From Mytilus californianus (taxonomy: Eukaryota): a DNA stretch of 64,000 nucleotides. This document shows positions 36,501 through 47,390 of the stretch, piece after piece. Positions within the stretch are counted from its first letter, which is position 1. Every line of letters begins with the position of its first letter. A program made the translations under genes and the position numbers. Under the pieces are notes generated by a model, which did no database searches, was not told the DNA's origin, and worked only from the letters and a program-made list of their open reading frames with translations. The stretch covers positions 24,428,001 through 24,492,000 of the forward strand of contig NW_026262668.1 of assembly GCF_021869535.1 (NCBI RefSeq), in the 5' to 3' direction.

Positions 36501-36874
36501 GTAAGGTATATAATGTGATTATCAATTGTAAACTAAACTTACTACAAGGTAACCTATTCCAAACTACTTTTAGTATGACACTACTTGAGTTTTTTTACGT
36601 GTTGTTTTAAAATGTACTAGCTATGTAATTGGTATAAATTGTTATAAGCAGAGACATAATCAAACTCCTGTACGATCAAACAATGCTATAGCTTCTATAC
36701 TTTAAGTAATTTAATCTTAGAAAGTCGTATCAAGCTGGAAACAAAATTCAGTGTACATTTGCTAGTTTAAGTAATTTTTTTGTTCTACAGAGTAAGCAAA
36801 GTCCCGTATGTGAGAATCACAATAGTAACGGCGCTGAACAATTTTTTTATGATTTTTTCGCTCTCTATTTAAAG

Positions 36875-36948
36875 ATATATTCAAGCCTTATGTTAACAGC
36901 GGCGAATTTAAGCAAGATCTGAGGATAATATCGGCCTTGATAACCAAA
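36875..36948 (+). pseudogene. C1qDC copy 4 exon 3 (donor shifted)
   Basis: accaaagtagac versus accaaaggtaaac in copy 3. Confidence 0.75.
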
Positions 36949-37189
36949 GTAGACTTATTTAATGATTTCTGTTTTTGTTTCTTATCGGTGTTTCGAAAAA
37001 GGTAAAATAACAAAAAAATTCCAAGGAAAATTCAAAACGGAAAGTCCCTTAACAAATGTCAAAATCAATAGCTTAAACACAACAAACGAATGGAAAACAA
37101 CTGTCATATTCCTGCCTTGGTACAGACATTTCCTCAAGTATATAGTTTTTATTATTTTAAAAGATTACAATCATTTATGAAATAATATT

Positions 37190-37545
37190 CGATCCCAATA
37201 GCCATATGTGATTAATCATTATGGATCACAATATCCATATCTAATCAAAAGATTACAACAGCAATACACAATGAATGGACCACAACAGCCATAAAAAATG
37301 AATAGCCATATACAATAAATTGATCTTGATAGCAATTATATACATTTGTACAATAAATGGAGCATGATAGAAATATACAATAAATAGATCACTATAACCA
37401 TATCCGATAAATGGATCACAACAGCCATGTACATGTACAATACATGGATCACAATAGCCGTAAACAAGAAAAAAGATTCCAAGAGCCTTATACAATACAT
37501 GGATCATAAAAGCCATATACAAAAAATGAATCGAAATATACAGCA
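37190..37545. repeat. 27-bp minisatellite in intron 3 of copy 4
   Basis: ATGGATCACAA(T/C)AGCC units. Confidence 0.8.
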
Positions 37546-37711
37546 TTAAAGATAATGGAACTATGATTTAATACATTCGTCTTTGGTATATGATACAAGA
37601 AAACTTTATATTGTATATTAAACATTTGTTTATTGTTGCCCTCAATCTGTAGTGTGTATTTGTTGGGGAAACTGTTTCTTACCTAACATCGTCTTTATTA
37701 ATGTTTTATAG

Positions 37712-38121
37712 CATCTGAAATACGGCCAGCATTTTTCGTCTCTATTATGCAGCACCCTTATACACTGACTGGTATAGATGATGTAGTGAAGTTTGACAAT
37801 GTCATCGTAAACATAGGGGGAGGGTATGACAAGTCAACTGGTGTTTTCACCGCAGGAAGAACAGGACTATATCAAATATCGTGTACGATTATTGGAGATA
37901 ACGGACATGTTGTACACTACTTGCTAGCTAAAAACGATGCAGAATATATTATGGGATTTTCAACCAGAGGAGAACACACATCGAGCACTATAAATGCAGT
38001 TATTGCAATGCATAAAGGCGATCGTATTTATATCAAACACCGAGCCACTCACTGGTCGGAGAAGATTACAGGTCTAAATCATTCATCTTTTTCTGGTTAT
38101 TTTCTGCAGGATTTGTATTGA
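37712..38121 (+). CDS. C1qDC copy 4 exon 4, gC1q domain (open frame)
   Basis: ASEIRPAFFVSIMQHPYTL...FSGYFLQDLY*. Confidence 0.85.
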
Positions 38122-38397
38122 ACTCTTTCACGACGTAATTTTCATTGTATTTGTTGGCAGACCATGGCGAAATGGTCACATGGATTTTATTAAACCTCTA
38201 AAAATTAAGTTAGTAACAACGAAATGTAAGCAATTTTTTTTTAAATTGATATAAGTAAAAGAATGTCTCATTGATTGATAAAAGTTTTACTCTATTATAT
38301 CACAAATAAGTGATGTTGAGTAGAACTTTATTTCGCCTGCAAATCTTTGTGGAATACATTATATGTTTCACGGGTGACATCAGATATATTACATATG

Positions 38398-38512
38398 ATA
38401 CTGATATTTCATATTGGACGTTCTTATCTTAAATTTGTTATCGTTGAGCAGCTGTAAACTCGTCTGGTCGTCAGCCGTCGTCTTTTCCGCCGATTTTAGG
38501 CCAAGGATCGCC
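38398..38512. repeat. Unclassified ~115-bp dispersed repeat (second copy at 40773-40882)
   Basis: CTGATATTTCATATTGGACGTTCTTATC...GATTTTAGGCCAAGGATC occurs at both sites. Confidence 0.7.
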
Positions 38513-39345
38513 TTTTTTTGTCCTGTTTCGTTTTGTGTTTGGGATAATTTTGTTCTCTGACTGTGTGATTTTGCTACCCTCCTTGGTATATGCCTATCTT
38601 TTTTAATATGGAATATTCGCTTTGATCTTATAATGTTATCATTTTAGATTTTGATATACTTAAAAAAAACCACACATCATGCGTATTGAAATCGGTGTCA
38701 TACTTTATAATACATTGAACAGGCATTAACACGGAGCTTGGAGCGAAAATGCTTATCTGATATTTAAGAAGAATACATAACAGAATTGAAATCAGCATAC
38801 TCTCCTTGAAACCATTGTAAAATATGTATAAAATATCATACCAGAAGTGTTAGGTAAACGTCCAATATTGATGATGTGACCTATTGGTATTTTCAATGCA
38901 GTCTATCGGATAAAACAGGATACGTCTCATCCGTTTGTAAAATTTTGTTTTATATATATGTTTTACTTAAAATGACATGAAAAAGTCGAAATTATGTTTC
39001 GTGTTTTGTTACGATTTAAAATGGAAAATTCCTATCCATGGGACATTTTCTATTACTCGTTAAATCACTATTTCATTTCAGTTGTCCTGAAACTGCAAGA
39101 ACGCAGTCTTTAAGAATAAAAATTATGAAATTTCAGGTTTATTCTTCCTAAGAACTTTCTTTTTGCTAGCTTAAACGAATCACGTTAGCATAGATTAAGA
39201 ACTTGGACGGAAAATCGCAGCAATATTGACAAAAAAAATGCATCGTGACTGAGAAAAGAAAAGTTCTTATACGAATTTCTTTACCAAAATAGCTATAAGT
39301 TTTTTTTTAATTTACTTAAAAGAATTAAAAGAACTCTTTATTTGT

Positions 39346-39845
39346 ATGCGTCCGAAGCGCTTTTCTGGATTTACATTCATTAAGAGTGCTCAAAGCCAAA
39401 AAATTGAAAGCCATTGAAAAATAAAAATGTGAAATCTTAGGGATTTATATGACCAAAAAGGACATAAAAAGAAAAGTCCAATCCAAGGTCAACTTTGTCT
39501 AAAGGAGTTGGAGCTTTAGTTTCATGATTATTTCCGAATTTATGATTGGAAAAATTTATGAAAGGGTATATTATAAAGCATGTCAGTACCGAAGCTGACT
39601 CTGCGAAGTTGATGATACCCTCGAGTACTAGAAGTCCTTCAGCAGAGGTAGCAAACTAGTGTGCTTGTAAATAAAGATAACAAATTAACGAAGCTAACAC
39701 TGCGGAGCTAATGGTACCTTCGGGGACTAGCAGTCCACCATCAGAGGTTTCGACCTAGCGCTAGTAAATGAAGATAACACTTTATAAATGAGTTGCGTAA
39801 AAAGCGCTTTTCTGGATTTGTCTTTATCAGAAAAGCACAAAGCCA
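39346..39845 (-). mobile_element. Degenerate retrozyme of the 354-nt family with a ~99-nt internal duplication
   Basis: Two decayed hammerheads (cores UUAAUGA and CUGAUAA); cleavage-site spacing 39354-39800; duplicated segments at 39591 and 39690. Confidence 0.75.
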
Positions 39846-40569
39846 AGATAAGATTTGAAAAGCGTAATTACGTTGTAAAGTAAATTAATAATAGAATATC
39901 TCTTACACTTTATTCATGCAAAAATACTGAAATAAAAGTGTTCCTGGCAAATAATCATGGAGTTACTTGGATTTTTACAGTAGATACTTTTGTATTAAAT
40001 TATCGTCCTTTCTTTAGAAATAAATTCGTTATTGTTTTTTAGATTAATATAGTTCACTGATGTCAGTTACTCCAAACGAAGTGAATCCTTAAGGGTTACT
40101 GGGGTATGGAAATATGCTCATTCATGGACTTCTCCCATCCGTCTGTAAAGCCTATGCCGAAGAAGGGAGTCCGTATGGCTGTGCTGAATGAATGATTACG
40201 AAGTCGTGCCCGGTCGCTGTGGGGATGATTCGTGTAGGGAAAGTACAACTTACGCTCTCTGAACAGCAACTGTTTATTGGTATATTCTAGGTCCTTGTCG
40301 ATCTTTTTTGCTGCATCTACCTATTGAATGTATTGTTACTTTGTTCTCGTTCTAAATATTCATGAACATGCCATAGGATGTTAAGCAAACAGCAACCAAT
40401 CAAAAGGAGTGATTACACAGTGTTAGTTCTCAGACAATACACAGGGCACATGGCACTTTGTTCACTGGTTTTGCCTCAATTGTATTTAGCATAACCTTTC
40501 GGAATTTTGGGTCCTCAATTTTTTTCCATATCGTACTTTATTTTGGCCTTTTTAACTTTTTGGATTCGA

Positions 40570-40617
40570 GTATCACTGATGAGTCTTTTGAAGACGAAAT
40601 AAAATAAAGTCTGGCGT
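40570..40617 (+). ncRNA. Type I hammerhead motif of the second family; core intact, stem III altered
   Basis: GUAUCA-CUGAUGA-GUC(UUUUGAA)GAC-GAAA-UAAAAUAAA-GUC|UGGCGU, within a repeat fragment of ~40455-40660. Confidence 0.65.
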
Positions 40618-41909
40618 ACACATTTTTTATCCTGAAATCTATGATGAGTTTATTTACATTTCATAACACTCAGTAATGCAGTTTTTGCCAAACTTAGATA
40701 TTTTCAGTGAAGTTTTTTGAAAATAACAAGTTTTTTTCTAGATGGAATCCTTGATACGACAGTAGAAAGAAACTGATATTTCATATTGGACGTTCTTATC
40801 TTAAATTTGTTATCGTTGAGCTATAAATTCGCCTGGTCGTCAGCCATCGTCTTTTCCGCCGATTTTAGGCCAAGGATCACCTTGTCCACTACTGGCTGTT
40901 TACCGCCTCAGGCTGCTGGTCCTGAATTCGCACATATATATTTTGGTGTTGCAGGCTTTTCTTATTTGCTTCATTCTTTCATAAGAAATGGGAATGTCTT
41001 GATTAATTCTCTGATAAATCATTTTAACCTATACAAAGGAAAAATATCAACATATGTCCAAGCAAACGTAAAACAAACGGTTTTTTTTTTTTTCATTACC
41101 TCACCCGAAAATTGCATGTATGAAATCAGACGTTCTACCCATGAAAAACGTGCAATTAACATACATGTACTTTAATAACGGAAATGGTATTAACCAACGT
41201 TCTAACGTTATATTGATGTAAAACAGGCGTCCGTCGAATTTAGTACCTGCACCATGATATCATATTGCAAACGTTTATTCTGTTATATATACCTTTTACA
41301 TATGTTTACAGTGGGTACAGCATCCCACTGTAATCGACACAACCGAAGGTTTTACAGTCACCACCACAAATGGGTTCACCGATACGATGTGTCTGTGTCT
41401 CGTGGTGTTAGATCTCTAGATACCGGAACAGTAGTCAGGTCCGTTATTTACCGATTGTGTCCTTTTCCCGGTTGTGACATTTTGGATTCGCATGTCGGTT
41501 GATGCATGCATAGCAGCAGACGCTGACCCTGTCGACGCACCTGGCCTAACTCCTTTCTGAGTTCACGTGATTCCCTCAGTTTCTGTTTGTTACCTGGATT
41601 TGTATCTTTTTATTCGATTTATGAGATTAAAACATCGGTTAGCTACTGTAACCTAAATTTGTAACGTTCGTTTTTCATCCATGAAAAAAAACAAAACAAA
41701 ACAAAAAAACATACGTTAAATGTACAAGTTATGACGTGGCACAGGTGTTGGTATTTTGTCTGTGTAGTTGGATAAAAATTTAAAAATATTAAATTTAACA
41801 TCACATGTGTAGTGTTCGGAACGCTTTCTGTCCATGTAGTTGCCGATTCGAATAAATGTGACCTAGTTCAAAAGATTCCCACGTAAACTTCTGTGCCAGA
41901 GCAGCTTTT

Positions 41910-42352
41910 TAGATTGAAATAAACAATTAATTTCCCCATAGGCGACAATGATAGCCTTTTTCGAGATACAGACTTCAGAAAGTTGATTTTTTTAACAAAA
42001 CCTTGCTAGAATTAAAGAAAAGTTATTAGGACAGTATTTTTTGGTCCAAAAAGTATAGGTGCGCGTTGCTTTTCTTAGCGTAATTTGTACTTATCTCCCA
42101 TGCCTATCAATTTTGCACTTAAAAATACGTGTCTCATCCTAGCGTTTAAAAGACATCTCAGTTCCGTTAGGGCTAAGGAAAATAATTTATTTGGCCTTTG
42201 GTATAATGCAGAATGCACGAAGTCTCTAATAACAAAAATTACGGGCGCACATATCAACCAATCAGGATTAGCTATACTCTTAATTCTGAATACCATGTTA
42301 TGCTCATAAAATGGCTGCGCCCATAAAATCTAATGGTGTATTGTAACCTATA
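41910..42352. repeat. 443-bp direct repeat copy 1 (imperfect TIR-like ends)
   Basis: Near-identical to 43195-43637 (offset 1285). Confidence 0.9.
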
Positions 42353-43194
42353 CGGTATTTAATACTTTCTAGAATCATGCAATTCATAGTTCGTTAGATG
42401 CACAAATATATATGCCACACAAAAATCATCTTCAAAACGTTCTGGCATTACTCTCTGAATTTTCACAATTTTTTGAAACCAGTCAAAAAATGGGAAAAAA
42501 AATTTTCAGATTTTTTGAGTAAATGCGGTACTGCTAAAAAGGGCCTGAAGATAATGTCCACTTTCTCCAATGATTCTTTGTATGTCATCAAGTACTGATT
42601 ATATTGATACCAAAACCGATCCAATATGTAACTACTACGGTGAATTTTGAACAACAGTTTTAAATGAAACCATTTTCGTATAAAAGTACATTTTTGAAAC
42701 AGACTATAGCATTTCAAAATATGAAAAATGTGTAAATATTTGTGTTTAAACATCGAAAACTATTCGTTAACTACAAAATGTAATGCCCATTTTTTTATAT
42801 AGTCTGTCATTCGAGTGAACATTTCAATGTTCGAAGGGGATCATTTCTATACATTTTCACTGAATTTGGTAATTTCGATAACAGCACTTGGATCGAGATT
42901 GTCATGTTTAAAAATCGATTTGTGTATCCAAACTCTAGACGTGTACGTGCTTTTTTCAAACAAATCAGCAGAAGTTCAGAAAATGACATAGTCTCTCCAC
43001 AGTAAGTCAAAAGTCGAACCCACCCTTGTTTCTATGGTAAAACGCAATACAAAAATGAAACAGACTATAGCTTAAAGACTAGTTAATCAATAATTCATTT
43101 GTCACCAAAAAATACGGTTTCATATCAAATATCAAGTAAAATTACTGTTTTTGACACTTTTTGAGCACTATGATAAAGAAATGTCGACGCTGTA

Positions 43195-43637
43195 TAGATT
43201 GAAATAAACAATTAATTTCCCCATAGGCGACAATGATAGCCTTTTTCGAGATACAGACTTAAGAAAGTTGATTTTTTTAACAAAACCTTGCTAGAATTAA
43301 AGAAAAGTTATTAGGACAGTATTTTTTGGTCCAAAAAATATAGGTTCGCGTTGCTTTTCTTAGCGTTATTTGTACTTATCTCCTATGCCTATCAATTTTG
43401 CACTTTAAAATACGTGTCTCATCCTAGCGTTTAAAGACATCTCAGTTCCGTTAGGGCTAAGGAAAATAATTTATTTGGCCTTTGGTATAATGCAGAATGC
43501 ACGAAGTCTCTAATAACAAAAAATAACGGGCGCACATATCAACCAATCAGGATTAGCTATACTCTTAATTCTGAATACCATGTTATGCTAATAAAATGGC
43601 TGCGCCCATAAAATCTAATGGTGTATTGTAACCTATA
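43195..43637. repeat. 443-bp direct repeat copy 2
   Basis: About ten differences from copy 1 by eye; TA-flanked. Confidence 0.9.
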
Positions 43638-45794
43638 TCCAGTATCACAGTTCTTTTCGGACAATTTCCTGCAGGAAACATAATGTGATTTGCTTTAGGA
43701 TATTTCTGTCTCCTTGTTTTGCGTTTTTGAAGGAATAATGAATCATAGTTACTGTAAACATGTCAATCTAGATGACTGAAAAAAGATAATGATAAAATAA
43801 AAGTTCGATAAAAACCCAATACAAAACTGTCATTCGAACCAAACAACAAACCAGCAGTGAAACTGGATGAAAGTCACAACGAAATTGGCGGTAAACCGTT
43901 AACCTCGAACACATGTTTACAACCCGATCAAACTCCCTGTGTTCCTTAGGAATTTCTAAAGTTTAATTTCTAACATATTGAAAAATTTATTTACTTCATT
44001 CTTTTTTTATTATTATTATTATTACCTTGATATTTTATCCAAAAAAAATATTATAATCTATAACGGCAATTTGTATTGAAACATTTCGCTGCCAGTCATT
44101 CGAAGTGTGGTTAGTCACTTTTCCCCAAAAAATGCTGAATCTATTCAGAATGTTTTGTTTTGCATAAGAAAATCAGAGCTGCTTATACCCTGCAAATCGA
44201 CTGAGCTGATCTAAAATGGCTGCAATAGAATCGTCTGAATAGTAATGATGCAGGTGAAATTTCTGAAAACAATCAAAAAGATTGAGTGATGGTTAATATT
44301 ATGAATGTGTACGGGTGATGGAACATATTTTTCATGTAGGTGTTGTAGTTGCTATAGGTGGAGATCAAAACCCATAAATTTTCACAGCTTTGTAATATTT
44401 TACCTTAAGTTTAATGTTATGAGAACCATTTATATCCCGAATTGAACATGTATCTCCTTTCTATATATATGCCGATTTTTAACCAATGTTTAAAGTCTTG
44501 TAGTGACACATGACGTTCCTGGAATCACCTATTACTACACATAGCACTCTGATTTTCTAAAACTCATTAATAACGTTGAAAAGCATCTCATCTACCCTAA
44601 ACTTGTAATGCAAATTATAAACAAATAATTTGGGCTCAGAATGGTTAAAATGTTTTTCTCGCTCAGCAAAGTTTCATCCATGCAAATTTATTTGCTAGTT
44701 TTAGTAAATAATAGCACCAAAAGCACTATGTCTTGTCAGAGTAGGTCTACTGATCTGAATTGGCGGTGTGACACTTAATCATATTGCATCACCGGACGCC
44801 TCGAACTATTCAAAGAAGGATAACTCTGATTCCATTATTTATTACTTATATCAAAATCTACTTTAAAATGAAAACAATAAGTTATTTGGTGTGTCCGGAC
44901 CGCTTTTCTGGATTTACATTAAGAGATTTTAACAGTTTAAGTATGATTGCAAACATTATTATAGAAATATTAGGGTTAGAAAAAAAATATTTCTTTTGCT
45001 CCTATTTCCCAATTTAGTTTTCCCTGATCTTGACAACTTAATCAGTTTCCTTCGGATATGTTTTAGTTCACTATATTTGTCTCTATACGTTTAGGCATTA
45101 TGTTTGTCTTCCTATAGAGGCTTTTGAAGCCTTATTTTCTTATGTGACTGATACACTTTAAAAAGTACTAATAACGTTAGCCTCTCATGACAATAGATTA
45201 GTGTTTATATCCAATTGTAAAATGGGTCTAATTTTACAAAAACAACTACTTCAGATGTAAGTCTCTCTTGAACATACTCTTTCTGACTTGATGTTAGAGA
45301 GGCAGTTAAGCTAAAACATTGACGATTACTATCAGTGGAATGTGTATGTCCACGGATTGGTTTTAAGCTCAAATTGATGTGTGAAATCTTTATGTATTTG
45401 CAGGTAAAAGTTAAGTAAAAGATGCCAAGGATGTAATACAAAAAATCATTAGACAATGAAAAAGAAATTGTACATATCTGCAATGTCCAATGCTTGTTAA
45501 AAGGCCTGTTAAAAGGCCTGTTATTCAAATTTAACATATACATGCAGCACATATACCAAATTTTTGTTTTCTTTTTTGGACAATTATTTTAGTTATTCAA
45601 GTAAAATTAATGAAGTTTGTTTCATATATCTACCACAATATCAATCAGCTAATCTCATAACGGTTTTGTTTCTGGTGTACGAGTGTCATTATTCTTATAA
45701 ATTTGCAGTATGTGTCCCTCATTTCGGAAAAAAAAATACAAATGGAAAAGCAAAAATAGTTTGATTATGAATAATGGGAGAAATTATATACTTT

Positions 45795-46108
45795 GGTTGA
45801 GATCTCACAAAACATGTTTAACCCGCCGCATTTTTGCGCCTGTCCCAAGTCAGGAGCCTCTGGCCTTTGTTAGTCTTTGTATGTTTTTTTTAATTTTTAG
45901 TTCATTTATATGTTTTGGAGTTTATTGTCACGTCCATTTTCACTGAACTAGTACACAATTTTATTTAGGGGCCAGCTGAGGACCACCTCCGGGTGCGAGA
46001 TTTTCTCGCTGCATTGAAGACTCATTGGTGGCCTTCGGATGTTGTCTGCTCTTTGGTCGGGTTGTTGTCTCTTTGACATATTCCCCATTTCCATTCTCAA
46101 TTTTATTT
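45795..46108 (+). mobile_element. 3'-terminal fragment of the subfamily B RT element
   Basis: Matches 20448-20757; the twister is truncated upstream of the first palindrome. Confidence 0.85.
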
Positions 46109-46369
46109 GTATAGAGTATAATACCTCTAACTATTGTAATTTAATTCGTACACAATAATTATAAAGCTATCGTCCTAGGATTAAAATGGATTGTTATAAC
46201 ACTTAGATCGGAAACAATATCTAGTATTTCGATTTCTTCGAACCATTTGCACAAACGCTTAAGACTTATAACGTAAAGGAGAGTTTTGAATCTACAAATA
46301 CCGTTTGGTAATTTTTCATGTATGAAGATGCCTGAAGTATGGTACGTAAATTTCTGTAAAAAAAAACCT

Positions 46370-46520
46370 CACCAAAGATACCAAGATTACAATTGTATAC
46401 GCTAGACGCGAGTTGTGAATAAACCATATAGATACCAGGATTAAAATTGTGTACGCCAGACGCGCCTTTCGCCTACAAAAGACTCAACAGCAAGGCTCGA
46501 TTCAAAAAAGTTAAAAACGA
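46370..46520 (-). mobile_element. Second-family hammerhead fragment, core degenerate
   Basis: CUGUUGA-GUC(UUUUGUA)GGC-GAAA-GGCGCGUC|UGGCGU, plus a partial tandem repeat of the cleavage-site side. Confidence 0.65.
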
Positions 46521-46981
46521 AATAAATTCAGTGTTACTGACATAACCATATGCCCTGGGAAATTCAATAAAAGGGTCATTTAAGGGTCACTACCGCTTTT
46601 TGATTTTTTAAGAGAAAAAGTTGAAAATATTATTCAAATGGTGTATTTTTTTCAATTTTAGATAATGTAAAGAGATTATGTCTTTGTCTTCTAAACATCT
46701 TCGGGCATGGTTGAGAATGTCAATCAAGTTGTGTTTTGTAAGGTCTTTGCAAAATGTAGCCATTTTGAAATTACAATTTACGAAAGTAAATGAACAAACT
46801 TGCTATAAGGATGAACATTTAGTTCCCATCGATATACGGATCACTTGACGTTATATTTAATTGAATATTTAATTTTTATTATTCATATTACTGGATGTAT
46901 ATTTTTGTTAAAACAATTACTATCTTTGTGAAGGTAAAATTTTATCAACGTTTCTTCGCATAACATCAGTAGTATCTTATA

Positions 46982-47390
46982 TAGATATAGGAAGATGTGG
47001 TATGAGTGCCAATGAGACAACTCCCCATCCAAGTTGCAATTTATAAAAGTAAACCATTATAGGTCAAGGTACGGCCTTCAACACGGAGCATTGGCTCACA
47101 CCGAACAGCAAGCTATAAAGGGCCCCATAAAATTACTAGTGTAAAACCATTCAAACGGAAAAACCAACGGTCTAATCTATATAAAAACGAGAAACAAGAA
47201 ACACGTATGAACTACATAAACAGACGACAACTACTGTAATCAGATTCCTGACTTAGGACAGGTGCAAACATTTGCAGTGGGATTAAACGTTTTAATGGTA
47301 CCAAACCTTCTCCCTTTTCTGAAACAATAGTATAACATCACAACATAGAAAACACACTATAAAATATCAATTGGAAAGCTTAACTCAATC
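46982..47390 (-). mobile_element. Short retroelement subfamily C with an intact twister-like core
   Basis: Tail GTTGTCTCATTGGCACTCATACCACATCTT; related + strand fragment at 52990-53255. Confidence 0.8.
47240..47322 (-). ncRNA. Putative type-P5 twister ribozyme (subfamily C), best-preserved copy
   Basis: P5 UCAGA/UCUGA, P2 UCCC/GGGA, L1 GA-AGG, U|AA at 47285/47284, T2 AC/GU, P3 UGCAA/UUGCA, P4 CCUG/CAGG, L4 UCCUAAGU, T1 CCU/AGG. Confidence 0.82.

Larger units (their letters stand above)
33287..38121 (+). pseudogene. C1qDC copy 4, pseudogene with an intact gC1q exon
   Basis: Exon 1 (33287-33470) has TAA at 33347-33349 and TGA at 33374-33376. Exon 3 lost one G at the donor (AAA|GTAGAC, phase 0). 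Exons 36402-36500 and 37712-38121 are open. Confidence 0.85.

Noticed and set aside
40085-40402. GC-richer segment with a GGACTTCT/GGGAGTCC stem and a SINE-like AACCAATCAA tail
   Set aside because: Probably a SINE remnant; single copy in the window, with no promoter boxes, TSD or covariation to support a call.
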